This document shows, in pieces, positions 46,533 through 59,323 of a stretch of DNA of 64,000 bases (its first letter is position 1; the number at the start of each line of letters is the position of its first letter). The notes under the pieces were generated by a model. That model ran no database searches. It saw only the letters and a list, made by a program, of their open reading frames with translations, and had not been told where the DNA came from. Position numbers and translations under genes: made by a program. The DNA is from Octopus vulgaris (lineage: Eukaryota): positions 7,564,001 to 7,628,000 of the forward strand of contig OX597814.1 of the NCBI GenBank assembly GCA_951406725.2, written 5' to 3'.

Positions 46533-47265
46533 TCCACGAAAGTTAGAGGCTGTGAATCCAACCAACTAAGGGATAATATCTATCCAATATTCTGCTGGTA
46601 GAATACCCAATTATTAATACACGAGTTTTTTTTATAGCATTGAAATTACATTACCAAGTATACTAAATTTGTGAGGGTAAAGAGTTATTTTACCATTAAT
46701 TTATAGAGCCATAAGAAAATGGACGGGATGAGGAGGTGGTAGTCATCAACTTTTAGACATTATCAAAATTGAAGATGAGGGTTATTTCCCTCTTTACATA
46801 CCCTAAAAAATTGTAATCATACCACATGTATCCCATACTACTGATTTTTATGTGCATATTCCAAATTTCCAGTCTTATTGAACCTGTTAAAAAGATTTTG
46901 CACCTGAAAAATGGAGGTCATGAAGCTCTAAAATGTGAGAGTTAAGGCCCCTGTTGGGGGTGGGCATCTTAGTGTCAACCAGAGAAGTTGAATTGTTGAG
47001 AATCTTGATTTCTTTCAGTTTCAGTCTACAACATCCACTGACAAGGCTTTGGTTGGTCTGAGGCTATAGCAGAAGACACGTGCCAAGTTACCACACAGTG
47101 GGACTGAACTGAGGACCATGAGTTTTGGAACCAAGTTTGTTACCACACAGCCACACCTGCTCCTATGTGTGTGTGTTTGGGGTGAGGGGTAAGTGTGCGT
47201 GTATGGGTGTATATATATATATGCATGTATATATGTGTATATATATGTATACATATTACATGTAC

Positions 47266-47267
<2 letters not shown>

Positions 47268-47355
<88 letters not shown>
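47268..47355. repeat. (TATC)n microsatellite
   Basis: Visible directly. Confidence 0.97.
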
Positions 47356-47589
47356 ATATATATATATATACACATACATCTACACATACATGTATACACA
47401 TACATCTATATCTATGGTTAAAATTTCATCAACATCAAAAATATATGAATTGTCATGGGGGTTATGGCTTTTATGCATAAAATATAATTTCCAAATTTCA
47501 TAAAGATTCATTCAGTACTTTTGACCTATTTTTGGATCATAAAAGAAATGACTAAAATTTGGGAGGTAAGGCCCCTATTTGGGTGTTAT

Positions 47590-47621
<32 letters not shown>

Positions 47622-47898
47622 CTTTTTATTGTAGATAGATAAAATAAAAATGGACGAAATACAATGTAGAATTTTTCTTTTTGAGGTAGGATGGGTGGGG
47701 CAAAAAAAACAAAAAAAACGTTTGATCAATAGGGATCTGTGGGTTGTGTGGTGTATAAAAAAGCAATATATATATATAAGGTTCACAGTTTAGGTGTAGC
47801 CTTGGAAAGATAAACCTACAAAAAAGACCAAGGTCACCTCAGGCAATTCGAAAAAGAACACATGAGTAAGTCGCCTTACTTCTCGTTGTCTCTTTTGG

Positions 47899-50800
47899 TT
47901 ACAGATTTATGCTTAAAATAGTGTCGTCTTTCATACTGACCATTTTTGCCACTTTTACCCACTTTTTATTAAAACATTCGTTCGACAAAGCCTTCCTCTC
48001 TATTCTCATCCTCCTTTTCAAGTGGTACTTGAAAAAGTTGACGAGAGACTGACCAGAGAGGAAGGTGTTTGTTTGCAGTCCTTTCAAACGCGTCCACCAC
48101 ACACATTCTTTCGCCATAGCCATCAGCGTAACGAAAACCGTTTTCCCTTCCCGTTTAAAGGAAGGTGGTGGAACAATCACACAATAGACTCGGCCGATAG
48201 GCGAGCTTGACCTACACGTGACAACAGCTGTTCGACGAAGGACCACAGCTCTGAAATATCTGGACACTGCACGAGTGCGTGCAGAACGGTTTCGTCGCTC
48301 TGACCGCATCTCGGGCAGGTCGGTCCGGTGATGGTTTTCGAACCGTGTCTGTAGCTCTTCTCTCGAACAGGTAGTGCGTCTCGATAGCACTGCCAAGCCA
48401 GGGATTTCTGGAAGTTATCCATAGGCCCCGGCCCGAACGTCGTCCTGAACAGGCGGGTTAGGAATTCCTCGTCGACGCCCAGGTTTGCCCCGAGTGTGTC
48501 GTCGGACCTCCCCTTCACTAGTCCTCTATAGAACGCTTTAGTCGTTTGTAAGTTGCACAAGTTTGACCTCGGTCGGCAGAGCTGCTGTAGAGCTTGGCGA
48601 CACTCTCGGTGCCAATCGCCCAGTTTCGGTCTCTTTTTGATCCACGTTTGCAGTTCGGTCAGTGAGACGAGCTGCGGGAACGCGTGCCTCACAAACGGCG
48701 ACCACACCTGTTCACCGTCGTCTACATAGAGCCGGAGATGTCGCAGTCTCAGCGCATGCCTGCGCATCATCAACCACGACATGCCCAGTCCTCCATTCAA
48801 CGGATGTTGACAGCAAATGGACTTCCTCACCATCGGAACGCCACCCTTCCACAGGAAGCGGAAGAGTATGCGTTCCAGTTTGGTGATGGTGGCGTCGGGA
48901 CAAGGTACGACGGTCAGGCGGTAATCAATGACGGATGCGATGTACGCGTTCGCCACCTCCGCCCGGCCTTTTAGAGACAGCTTTCTCTCGGCCCATGTTT
49001 GGCTGAGAGCGACCACTCTACTCGTGATCTCGTCCCAGTTCTTATCCATTTGGAGGTCCGGACTGAACCAGACCCCGAGCAATTTAACCGGTCCGTCCGT
49101 CCAGCGTCCCACTACTGAGCCGCAGTCGGACGGCATGGGCTTGCTTCTCCAGGTGCCGAGTAGCAAACCCACTGACTTTTCCGGGTTAATCTTTGCTCCC
49201 GTCACCGTTTCCTATTTTCTTAGTGTCTCGCCTATCATCTTGATGTGTTTGTCGCTCGACACTATGACGGTGACATCGTCCGCATATGCCGACACGCCCG
49301 TCCCGCAACCTAGTTCCCGTGGGATGCCCCTCAGTGTCGCCAGCTTCCGCAGTAGCGGCTCGAGAGTCAATACATACAGAAGCGCCCCACCCATGCCAGG
49401 ATCCTTAACTACCCTGTCCACAATGTAGCGCATCAGATGGAGGTTGTCATGTATGGTTCTGCCCGGCACGGCGCATGTTTGCGCCCTGTCGACCAGTTTA
49501 CCAATGACAAGCGCCAACCTCTCGGCTATTACTTTGACCAAAATTTTCAAATCTGCGTTGAGCAGAGTGATGGGCCTGAAATTATCTATAAAATTCCCCT
49601 TGTTTGAGTCTTTCTTCAGCAACGTCACTGCACCTCGGCTCACGAAACCGGGGATTCTCCCGTTTTGTTGCCAGTTGCAATAGACTGATGCCAAGAGGTC
49701 GCCAAACAAGTCTGGCATTCGACAATACAGCTCGTAGGGTAACCCATCCAATCCAGGCGACTTATCCCTCGCGCAGCCCGCCATCGCATCCCACATGTCA
49801 GCGGCTGTGATGGGACTTTCACAACACTCTGCTTCTCTTGCCGAGAGCCGCGGCAGGTCGGTCAGGTAGGCACTGAAATCCATCCCGCGTTCCGACCCAC
49901 CACTCGCACCAAACAGTCGAGCAAAGTGCTGTTGAAAGGCCTCACACATCCTTTCGGGTTCGAGTAAACTGCATCCCTGTTGATCTATTAGAGACCGAAT
50001 GGTGGATCTGTTGCCACGCTGCGCCTCCGCTACCCGGGCCTCTCGCGCAGCTTCAATCCCTTCGTTCCTTAAGGCACGCATTTTAGCTCTGACGACGCAA
50101 CCTTCGTGCTTGGCGTTGAGGTGTTGGTCGAGGGCCATCCTCGCAGCCAGCACGTTGGTTGCGCTGCCAGTGGTAAGTGCCTCTTCTAGTTTCTTAACTA
50201 ATTCTCCCTCTACTCTATTTCGTTCTATCGCTAATTCCTTGCTAAACCTAATTGATTCCGATTTTATTGCCATTTTCAGGGCGTACCACCAGCGGTTGTT
50301 AACGACCGCTCCCGTCAGCGCCCTCTTAATTAACTCGCTAATCCGGTTCCTGTAAACCTGTCGCGCTAACAGCGACGTGTTCAGTTTCCAGTAACCGGGA
50401 CCCTGTCTATGTGTTTTATCTAAGTCGAGCGTACACGTCACAAATTTGTGATCTGTGTAGCTGACTATTTTAAATTGTGGACATCCTACACTATCCCTAT
50501 CCGCTGTCCTGCATAGAATTCTATCTAGATAAGATCTCGACGATCCGACGCGGTTTGTCCAAGTCCACGTTGGCACGTTCGGATGGTCGAGTCGGAACCT
50601 GTCAGACAAATGGAAACGTCTGAGCAGGTCTTTGAGGCTCTTACACCCCCTTCTATTCCTATCCCTTCCCACACAATCTAGATGCGTGTCCAAGGTAGCG
50701 TTCCAATCCCCTACTAACAGTAAAGGTCTAGACGTACCCAGGAAAACCTCTAGACGTCTGAAGAAATCCGCCCGACCCGTTAAGGACGGTGCATAAACTG

Positions 50801-51137
50801 CCATCAGACGGAATGCACACCCATTTCTGCCATCCACGTCCAAGACAACCAGCCTACCCTCCGGGTCTAGGAATATTGCTCTTACTTTTACCTTTAGACT
50901 CTTTCGAAAAAGCACCGCGGTACCTCCACCACCCATGTTCGGCAGACAGGGAGAAAAATAAATGTCAAATTGATTGCCAAACATGGACTCGAGGGCCCGC
51001 GGCTTACTGAGTCTGGTTTCACTGATAGCTACTATATCCACGTCCAGTGACTTGATGTCGTTGAGAAGGTAACCTTGCTTCCAAGCCGACGCCAAGCCAC
51101 GCGCATTCACACAACCTAATTTAAGCATACTTGACAT
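47899..51137 (-). pseudogene. Tx1 copy A ORF2 (AP endonuclease + RT + C-terminal Cys/His), disabled
   Basis: CVNARGL, GDWN, SYLDRI, TDH, PGLDG, FRPITLLN, YADD, CPRCG..ETVLHALVQC. In-frame TAG at 49212, RT internal deletion, late frameshift. Confidence 0.92.
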
Positions 51138-51193
51138 TTACGAAAATTGTGTTTTACACACTATATTAGAAGAGACAAGAGGCAAGAAGGAGG

Positions 51194-52700
51194 TCACTTA
51201 CTCATTTTAAAAGTTTCGTTTTTTTCTTCTTCTTTTGTATTGTTTTTGATGAGGTGTTTGTATAGTTTTTTCGACAGGTATCGTTGATACCCGCCTACCG
51301 CATTCGGAAATATTGTTTTCAGTATGTGGTGTTGTGCTTGTGTTATGTGTAAAATTCTGATGTGTTTCGGTGGTGTGGTGTGCGAATGATTATTTGTCTT
51401 AAAGTCATCTTCACAGATGACCATGTTAGATTTGATGTAGTCCATTAATTCTTTATTGTCTGTGTCTATTGCAGTTAGTTGTGTGTGTGGTTTTACGGGT
51501 TCATTACTTTTTTGATTGTCTAGGGGGATGTTGTCCTGAGTTAGATATCTCCCTGCTTTACTTCCTTGTTTGGTGGATTTTTTGGATCTTTTTCTTTACC
51601 CCCTGTGGCTATTTGCCATTCCGTCGAACTTTCGTCGTCCGACGTATCAGTATGGGGTAGAGGCAAAGCATTTGCATTACTATGTATGCTTGTATAAATT
51701 GTTGATGTTTTGTGCGGTGTTTGTGTTGTTGTGGTGTTAGGGGTAGAATTTGTCTTCTCGTCACTGTTTTCTGTCTTTTTAATTGTCGTCCTGGGTGTGG
51801 GTGTTGGTCTATTTTTTGTTGATTCAACATGTTTAATTGGTTGTGAAGTCAACGGTGATTGTGTTGGTACTGTTTCTTTTCTTGGTGATGTTGTTGGGGT
51901 TTGTTTGCTGGTTTGTTGTTTTTCTTGGCATTGTTCCATAATTGAGTGTGTTGGTGTTGGTGTTGGCAACAAAGGGATTTTATTTGTTTTCTGATTTGTT
52001 CTTTCTTGTTTTTTCTCTACCAGATCGCACTTGGCAATTAAATGTTCGGGGCTGCCACATTTGTAGCATCTAGGCTTTTTGCCTTCTGCCACAACATATA
52101 AGCATTGCCCATTTTCCAAGTGGATCTTATCCGGTAGGCTCTCGATAGAGGCCCCCTCAATCTGTATCGTCACCACTATTGTCTTCCCACCCCAAATGTC
52201 GCCAGGGTACACGGCGGTCTCCAAAATGTTTATATTTTTTAAATGGTAACAGATTGCCCCTGTTATCCATTTGTTAGGAAGCTCGGGAGGTACATTTTTA
52301 ATAGTGATTCGACTCACTCTCTGGTTTTTATAGTATGGGACCATGATGACTTCATCATTTCCCAGAGACTCAGTAGAGTGAGCTTTTGCCACTTCCTGGT
52401 TAGGGAAGCGGACCACTACTGTGTTAAACTGGGGACCCCAGTTTATATACTCTTTTCTTTCATTATGTTTTTTAAACATTTTTCTACATCAGTTTTTGTA
52501 ATCTGTTCATTTAGTTTTTTTGTTTTTTCTAATAATTTTATATACAATTGTCTTATTTTCTATTTCTTGCTTTATGTGTTGAGGTGTATGCAGCACTAAA
52601 TCTTGTCCACGGGTTGTAAAGAGAGCTCTTGTTTCTATGAGCTCTTCATTTGTAAATGTCACAATTTCCTTCTTCTGGCGAAGAGTGTCAGCGAAATTTA
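51194..52700 (-). pseudogene. Tx1 copy A ORF1 (gag-like, CX2CX4HX4C), frameshifted near C-terminus
   Basis: CYKCGSPEHLIAKC. ORF 51194..51445 continues 51541..52479 after a 1-nt shift at GGK/KRKR. Confidence 0.85.
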
Positions 52701-53282
52701 CTGTTGTTGATTTTTTTGTATTAACATCTTCACTATTAGATAGTTCCTTTTTATTGTTGTTCTTGTTGTTGCTGTTTTTTTGTCAATAGTTTTCGTTTCA
52801 GTTTTATTTTTATCATTTATGTTGGTCGTGGTAGTGGTGGTGGTGGTGGTGGAGGTGGTGGTGGTAGCAGTAGTAGTCTCGTGGTTGCTGTTGTTAGTGG
52901 TGGTGGTGGCGGTGGTGACAGGGCTGTTACCGCACGTGGTTGCAGCGTTCATTTCACCGATATTCATATTTGCACTTAGCGCGCGTACGTTCTTTTTTCC
53001 TCCTAGTGCTTCCAAACTAGGAAAATGCTGGTCAATAAAAGAACGCGACCAGCGTTCTACAATAAAATTTCTCGACATTTTCTAATGTCAAGAAGAAAAT
53101 TACAGAAATGAAATGGGGTTGAAACTGCCCCTAGGGGCGAATTCCTCCCTTGGAATAGCACTCAAACGAAAGTTGGGTGCCTTACACACCTTATTTGCAA
53201 AAATGTACACAAAAATTGGGCTATAAATAGTCAAAATAAACGATTACCTTCGGAGTCGAAGTGACAGCACGTCCATAGACAG

Positions 53283-53351
<69 letters not shown>

Positions 53352-53352
53352 T
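53283..53352. repeat. (GATA)n microsatellite at the 5' flank of Tx1 copy A
   Basis: Visible directly. Confidence 0.97.
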
Positions 53353-53490
53353 AGATATAAACACACACAGTTTGTTCTTGTGAAGCCAGTATGTTATGTG
53401 GATGTAAATAAATGAACAGCAGTTGTGAAGCAGTGATGAGGGCGAAATGCAGAGACAAAGGCACACACATACACTCACATATATACATAC

Positions 53491-53544
<54 letters not shown>

Positions 53545-54665
53545 AATGATTTGTTTCAGTTCCTGTCTATGAAATCTATCTATCTATCTTCTGGACAGAC
53601 AGACTCAAGTCAAATGGGCTCCAAGTAAGTTGGTCATTTTGTACGTTCAACAGTGTTTATTGTCAAATATTTTGTGTTTAAAAGTTGTGCAACAACATCC
53701 ACTGCAAACCTTGACTAATATCTACACAAAATTTTGCCCTTTGTGGGCAAAATTTTTTAAATTCTCGTAGGCCTCGTGTTGTATTTTAGCCATTTTATTT
53801 TCAAAAATGGCTACTGGTCACCACGAGGCTGAGGCGCAACTGAAGCGTGACGCCAAAACAAAAAACAGGTTGCCCTGTCACCATGCGCTGAACTTGACTG
53901 TGTAAACACTACTTACACCACCACCATCAGCATCGACAACAGCAACAAATACAAAACAAAGGTCGTAAGGCCAAGCACCGTCACCGCCACCAATGATTCC
54001 ACCATCAACACCGACACCACCACCATGGCAGCTTCTGCTACTACAACTGCTATCTCTGCTAACGACACCACTACCAACAACAATACCAACATCATCATCA
54101 CCGCCACCAAAGAACGTGCCGTCAATGCCTCCCTTGCTACTAATACCACCGCCGTCACCAAGAACGACAATAACAACAACAACAACAGCAACAATTCCCT
54201 TCAGCCACTGTTCCCTCCATCACCAACAAGTGAAGGAGAGAAAAAAATAACCGCGACCATCAAACGAGGTGCCGAAATTTGCGCTAATGCAGGAGCAAAT
54301 TACGCAGACAATTTTCCACCCCTTGCTAGTTGCATAATCAGCAACCACAAACCTAATATACCCACAACCCACACCCCTGCCATCAACACCAACACCACCA
54401 GCAGTAACAACAATAACAAAACAACATCGATAGAAGAAAAAATAACAAGAGTATCGTTTACTGCACAGTAGATAAAAGACTCCAGAGCCCTAATCACCAA
54501 AGAAAACGGCAAAATACAATTACACATACCACAACACATACTGAATGAAGAAAAAAAGAAAACGATATTTATAAAATAACAAACAACACAACTAAAAGTC
54601 CAGAAAAAGCAAGCACGGACAAAATAGAAAAGTGCCTACGCCCCATCTGGGGATACAAGGAGTAT

Positions 54666-55900
54666 GTGACTTGGTCGAACAAGTTTGCCCACGTACAGGT
54701 GGTTTTTCAGAATGAAGAATTGGCAAAGCAATTCTCAACGCTAACTCTTCATTCAAATGAGCTAACAATGACACCCAGTTACTTTGGCCAGAAGGTGACA
54801 AAGGTCATTATCAATAATGTCCCGCAAATAACAACCACACTATGGATAACATCCGCCATATGCGTCGAAATGGAGGACATAAACATCCTGGATATCACTG
54901 TTTCGAAACACAAGGACTGGGTGGGAAAGAGACTGGAGATTCTCTTCCATATAAGCCAAGACAACATTAACAAAATTCCCACCCACGTACATCTTGCGGA
55001 TGACCGCAAGTTGTATGTAGTAGTCGAGGGCAGAAGGCCACGCTGCTATACATGCGGCAGTGAAACACACCTCAAAAAGGAGTGCAAATCTGCCGCGAAA
55101 CAACAACAACAACAACAGCCACAGGAAAAACCACAAAAGCCAGCATTATTGCCCACACCACAGTATGGACGGCTAATCAAGAAGCTATATGCAGAAATGC
55201 ACGAAAAGCAACAAAGAACAGGCCAACCCAACCAAACAACACTACCACCTGCGCCAAGAAAAGAACCATCACCAACAACTAAACCAATTCCAACACCGAG
55301 AACAACAACGAAGAAGACAAGCACCAAGGATGTAGGAGAGACAATCACCACACCAAACCCCCCAGCAACCCCCCCCCCCCCGCACACCACAACAATATCT
55401 ACAACCGCACAAACAGACCCAGATGCTTTACCCTTGCGCCCTGCTGATACGTCAGACTTTTCATCTAACGATGAAAGTTCGACAGAATGGCAAATAGCCA
55501 CCGGGGATAAAAGAAAAAGATTAAAAAAACAAACAAGAAAACACAACCAAAGCAGGGAGATACCTGAACCTTGAAAGCTCTATACACAACCAAACAAGCA
55601 CCAACACCACAAAAACACACACAATGCTATCAGCGATAGACACCAAAGACTAATGGAGTACATCACAGCCGACACAAACATCTGTGAAGATGACTTCAAA
55701 ACTAACAACTATCCACGTACTACACCACCCAAACACATCAAAATACTACACATCACACAAACACAACACCACACACTCAAAGCCCTCTTTCCAAATGCGG
55801 TTGGGGGGGTTCCAAAAATACCTTTCACAAAATCTCTATAAAAACCTCATCCAAGACACATCAAAGGACGAGGAAGCCAAAACTTTCGACACAACTAAGT
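54666..55900 (+). pseudogene. Tx1 copy B ORF1, frameshifted
   Basis: Homologous to copy A ORF1 including the ICEDDFKTNN..TTPPKHI C-terminal block. Confidence 0.85.
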
Positions 55901-55952
55901 AACTCTCTGTACCTTCCCTTTTGTGTTTTAAAGCACACACCCCAATAGAATC

Positions 55953-58731
55953 ATGGTCAAGATTGGTTGTGTGAATGCGCGTGGCTTGGGGTATCCTTGG
56001 AAACAAGGATACCTCCTAAATGACATCAAGTCACACGGTTTGGGAATCATAGCCATAAGTGAGACCAGACTCCACGAGCCACGGGCCCTAAAGTCCATGT
56101 TTGGCGGACAGTTTAACATTTATTTTGCTCCCTGTCTGCCGAGGATGGGCGGTAGTGGCACCGCGGTACTTTTTCCCAAGAGCCTGGATCTCGAAGTCAA
56201 GACGATATTCGTAGACCCGGAGGATAGACTGGTCGTTCTGGATGTCGACGGGAGCAATGGGTACGCTTTTCGACTCGTATCAGTCTACGCACCGCCTTTA
56301 ACAGGTCGGCCGGATTTCTTTCGATGTCTAGAAGTATTCCTGGGAACGTCTCGTCCTTTACTTTTAGTGGGGGATTGGAATGCTACCTTGGACACGCATC
56401 TAGACTATGTGGGGAGAGACAAAAACAGAAGGGGATGCAAATGCCTCAGAGACCTGCTCAGACGATTCCAACTGTCTGACAGGTACCGACTCGACCACCC
56501 AAATGCACCAACGTGGACATGGAGCAACCGCAGTGGGTCGTCGAGATCGTATCTAGATAGGATACTGTGTAGGACAGTAGACAGGGATAACTTAGGATGT
56601 CCACAATTCCATACAGTCAGCTACACGGATCACAAATTCGTGACGTGTACGCTAGACTTAGATAAGGCACATAGACAGGGTCCTGGTTACTGGAAACTGA
56701 ACGCATCTTTCCCGTCCAGACAGGTTTTCAGAGACAGAATCAACACGTTAGTAAAAAGGGCTTTAACGGGAGCCATTATCAACAACAAATGGTGGTTCGC
56801 CCTCAAGAGAGCAGTAAAAGCGGAAGCAATTAGATATAGCAAGGCACTAGCCGTAGATAGAAATAGAGTAGAGGGTGAGTGAGTTAAGAAGTTAGAAGAG
56901 GCAATAAGAAGCGGCATCACATCCGACGTTTTAGCGGCGAGGTTGGCCCTTGACCAACACTTCAACGCCAAACATGAAGGGTGTGCTGTCAGAGCTAGGA
57001 TGCGTGCTCTAAGGATGGAAGGTGTTGGAGCCGCGAGGGAGGCCCGGGTGGCGGAGGCGCAGCAGGGCAACAAAGCCACCATTCGGTCTCTGGTAGATGA
57101 AGAAGGGCGCGAATTGCTCGAGCCCAGCAAGATGTCCGAGACATTTCAGCGGCACTTTGCCCGACTGTACGGGACGAGTGGCGAGCGTGAATGCAGGGTG
57201 GACTTCAGTGCCTTCCTGCACAGCCTACCACGACTCTCGGCAAGAGAGGCAGAGTGCTGCGAAGGTGCCATCACGGCGGCGGATGTGCGGGACGCGATGG
57301 CAGAATGCTCGAGAGATAAATCGCCGGGTTTGGATGGTCTGCCCTACGAGTTTTACAATTGTATGCCAGACTTGTTTGGAGACGTCTTGGCAGCGGTATA
57401 CTGCAACTGGCAGCAAAACGGGAGCATACCCGGTTTTGTGAATCGAGGAGCCGTAACGCTGCTGAAGAAAGATCCAAACAAGGGGAACATTATAGATAAC
57501 TTTAGACCAATCACTCTGCTCAATGCAGACCTGAAAATTTTGACAAAGGTGTTAGCCAAGAGGTTGGCGCTTGTCATCGAGAAACTGGTCGACAACGCAC
57601 AAACGTGCGCCGTGCCGGGCCGGAGCATCCATGACAACCGCCATCTGATGCGCTACATCATACACAGAGTAGTTAAGGAACCTGGCATGGGTGGGGCCCT
57701 GATCAACTTGGATCAATCGAAAGCCTTCGATAGGGTAGACCATCAATACTTGGAGGCAGTCCTGAGAGCGGCTGGTTTCGGTCCCGTCTTCCGTAGCTGG
57801 ATAGCTGCCTTGTACAGAGGCATCCGTTCGGTAATTCGCGTGAATGGACATCTATCGAGACCTTTCGACATTGCACGTTCGATCCGTCAGGGATGCCCCC
57901 TCTCGGCGCTTCTATACGTATTGACTCTTGAGCCACTACTGCGGAAGCTGGCGACTCTGAGGGGCATCCCATGAGAATTGGGATGCGGGACGAGCGTGTC
58001 TGCATACGCGGACGACGTCGCCGTCATAGTGTCGCGTTGCTCTCAAGCAACTCTGCCGTCCCGGGTCGACCTTGAGTGACTTCAACACAACCAAAGCATT
58101 CTATAGGGGATTAGTGGAGGAGAGGTACGACGACGATCTTGGGGCAAACCTGGGCGTCGACGAGGAATACCTGACCCGCCTGTTTGAAACGACTTTCGGG
58201 CCGGGACCTATGGACAACTTCCAGAGATCCCTGGCCTGGCGGTGCTACCGAGAAGCGCTACTCGTTCGGGATAAGCTCTATAGGCATGGCTCGAGAAACA
58301 CGGGGCCGACCTGCCCGAGATGCGGGCAGAGCGACGAAACCGCTCTGCACGCAATCGTGCAGTGTCCAACAATCCTCGACCTGTGGGCTTATGTCGAACA
58401 ACTGCTGTCACGTGTGGGACGTGTCGGTTTATCAGCCGAGTATATCGTTAATATCGTCACGCCTCCTTCCTTCAAACGGGAAGGAAGAGCTATTTTTATC
58501 ATACTTGTGGCTATGGCGAAAGAATGTATCTGGTGGACGCGCCTGAAAGAATTAGAGACAAACACTTTCCTCTCTGGTCAATCTCTCATCAACTTCTTCA
58601 AATATCACTTGAAGAGGAAAGTGAGAGTAGAGAGGCAAGTTTTGTCTAGTGAATGTTTTAAAAAAATATGGGTGAATGTAGCAAGGATGGCACGTATGAA
58701 TGACGAAGCCACCTTGACTATGATTCTATGA
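55953..58731 (+). pseudogene. Tx1 copy B ORF2 (APE-RT), disabled
   Basis: Stops at 56880 and 57972; LDQSKAFDRV, RQGCPLS, YADD present; large deletion after YADD. Confidence 0.92.
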
Positions 58732-59110
58732 ACCGTAAAAATTAATACAGAGAGTTGCTTATTTGCAAAAAAAAAAGAAATATAACATGTGACTTCATTG
58801 ACCGAGGTTACCGTGGTCTTTTCCGTAGGCTTTTCTTTCCACGGGTAAACCTCACCTGTCCTCCCCTTTACACTTCATATTGACATTTCTGTGATAACGA
58901 TCCCTATTGATCGTTTTTTTCCTTTCCCTTTTATTCCTTTCCCCCCTTTTTTTGTTTTAATTTTATCCCCCCCTTTTTTGTCTTCTTTCTTTACTTTTAC
59001 GATCCCTTTTGATCGAAAACCACACCGCCTTTTTTTTACCCCAAAAAGAAAAGCTCTACCTTGTAATTTGTCCTGTTTGTGTGCAGCCCTGTGTGGCTAA
59101 TAAAGAAACA

Positions 59111-59193
<83 letters not shown>

Positions 59194-59289
59194 ATATATA
59201 TATATATATATACATCTACACATACATGTATACATATACATCTATATCTATAGAAATACATCTATACATATACATGTATACATATACAG

Positions 59290-59323
<34 letters not shown>

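Larger units (their letters stand above)
47621..53280 (-). mobile_element. Near full-length Tx1/L1-clade non-LTR retrotransposon (copy A)
   Basis: ORF1 with CCHC knuckle; ORF2 APE-RT-zinc finger; AATAAA then (TATC)n at 3' end; (TATC)n also at 5' flank. Confidence 0.93.
53590..59110 (+). mobile_element. Near full-length Tx1/L1-clade non-LTR retrotransposon (copy B), head-to-head with copy A
   Basis: ORF1 54666..55574 (CYTCGSETHLKKEC); ORF2 pieces 55953..58731; AATAAA 59099..59104 then (TATC)n; short (ATCT)4 at 5' flank 53574..53589. Confidence 0.93.

Noticed and set aside
46850-47585. Two related segments (ccaaatttc...taaggcccct) resembling Helentron/satellite-like modules
   Set aside because: Similarity too weak to define ends or family without alignment.
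49205-49214. Programmed stop read-through in Tx1 ORF2
   Set aside because: Single TAG in a copy with other lesions; most simply a nonsense mutation.
51194-51445. Possible separate third ORF between Tx1 ORF1 and ORF2 (also 55653..55900)
   Set aside because: Its frame is open upstream to the KRKR region, and the two copies shift frame at different positions, so it is the ORF1 C-terminus broken by independent indels.
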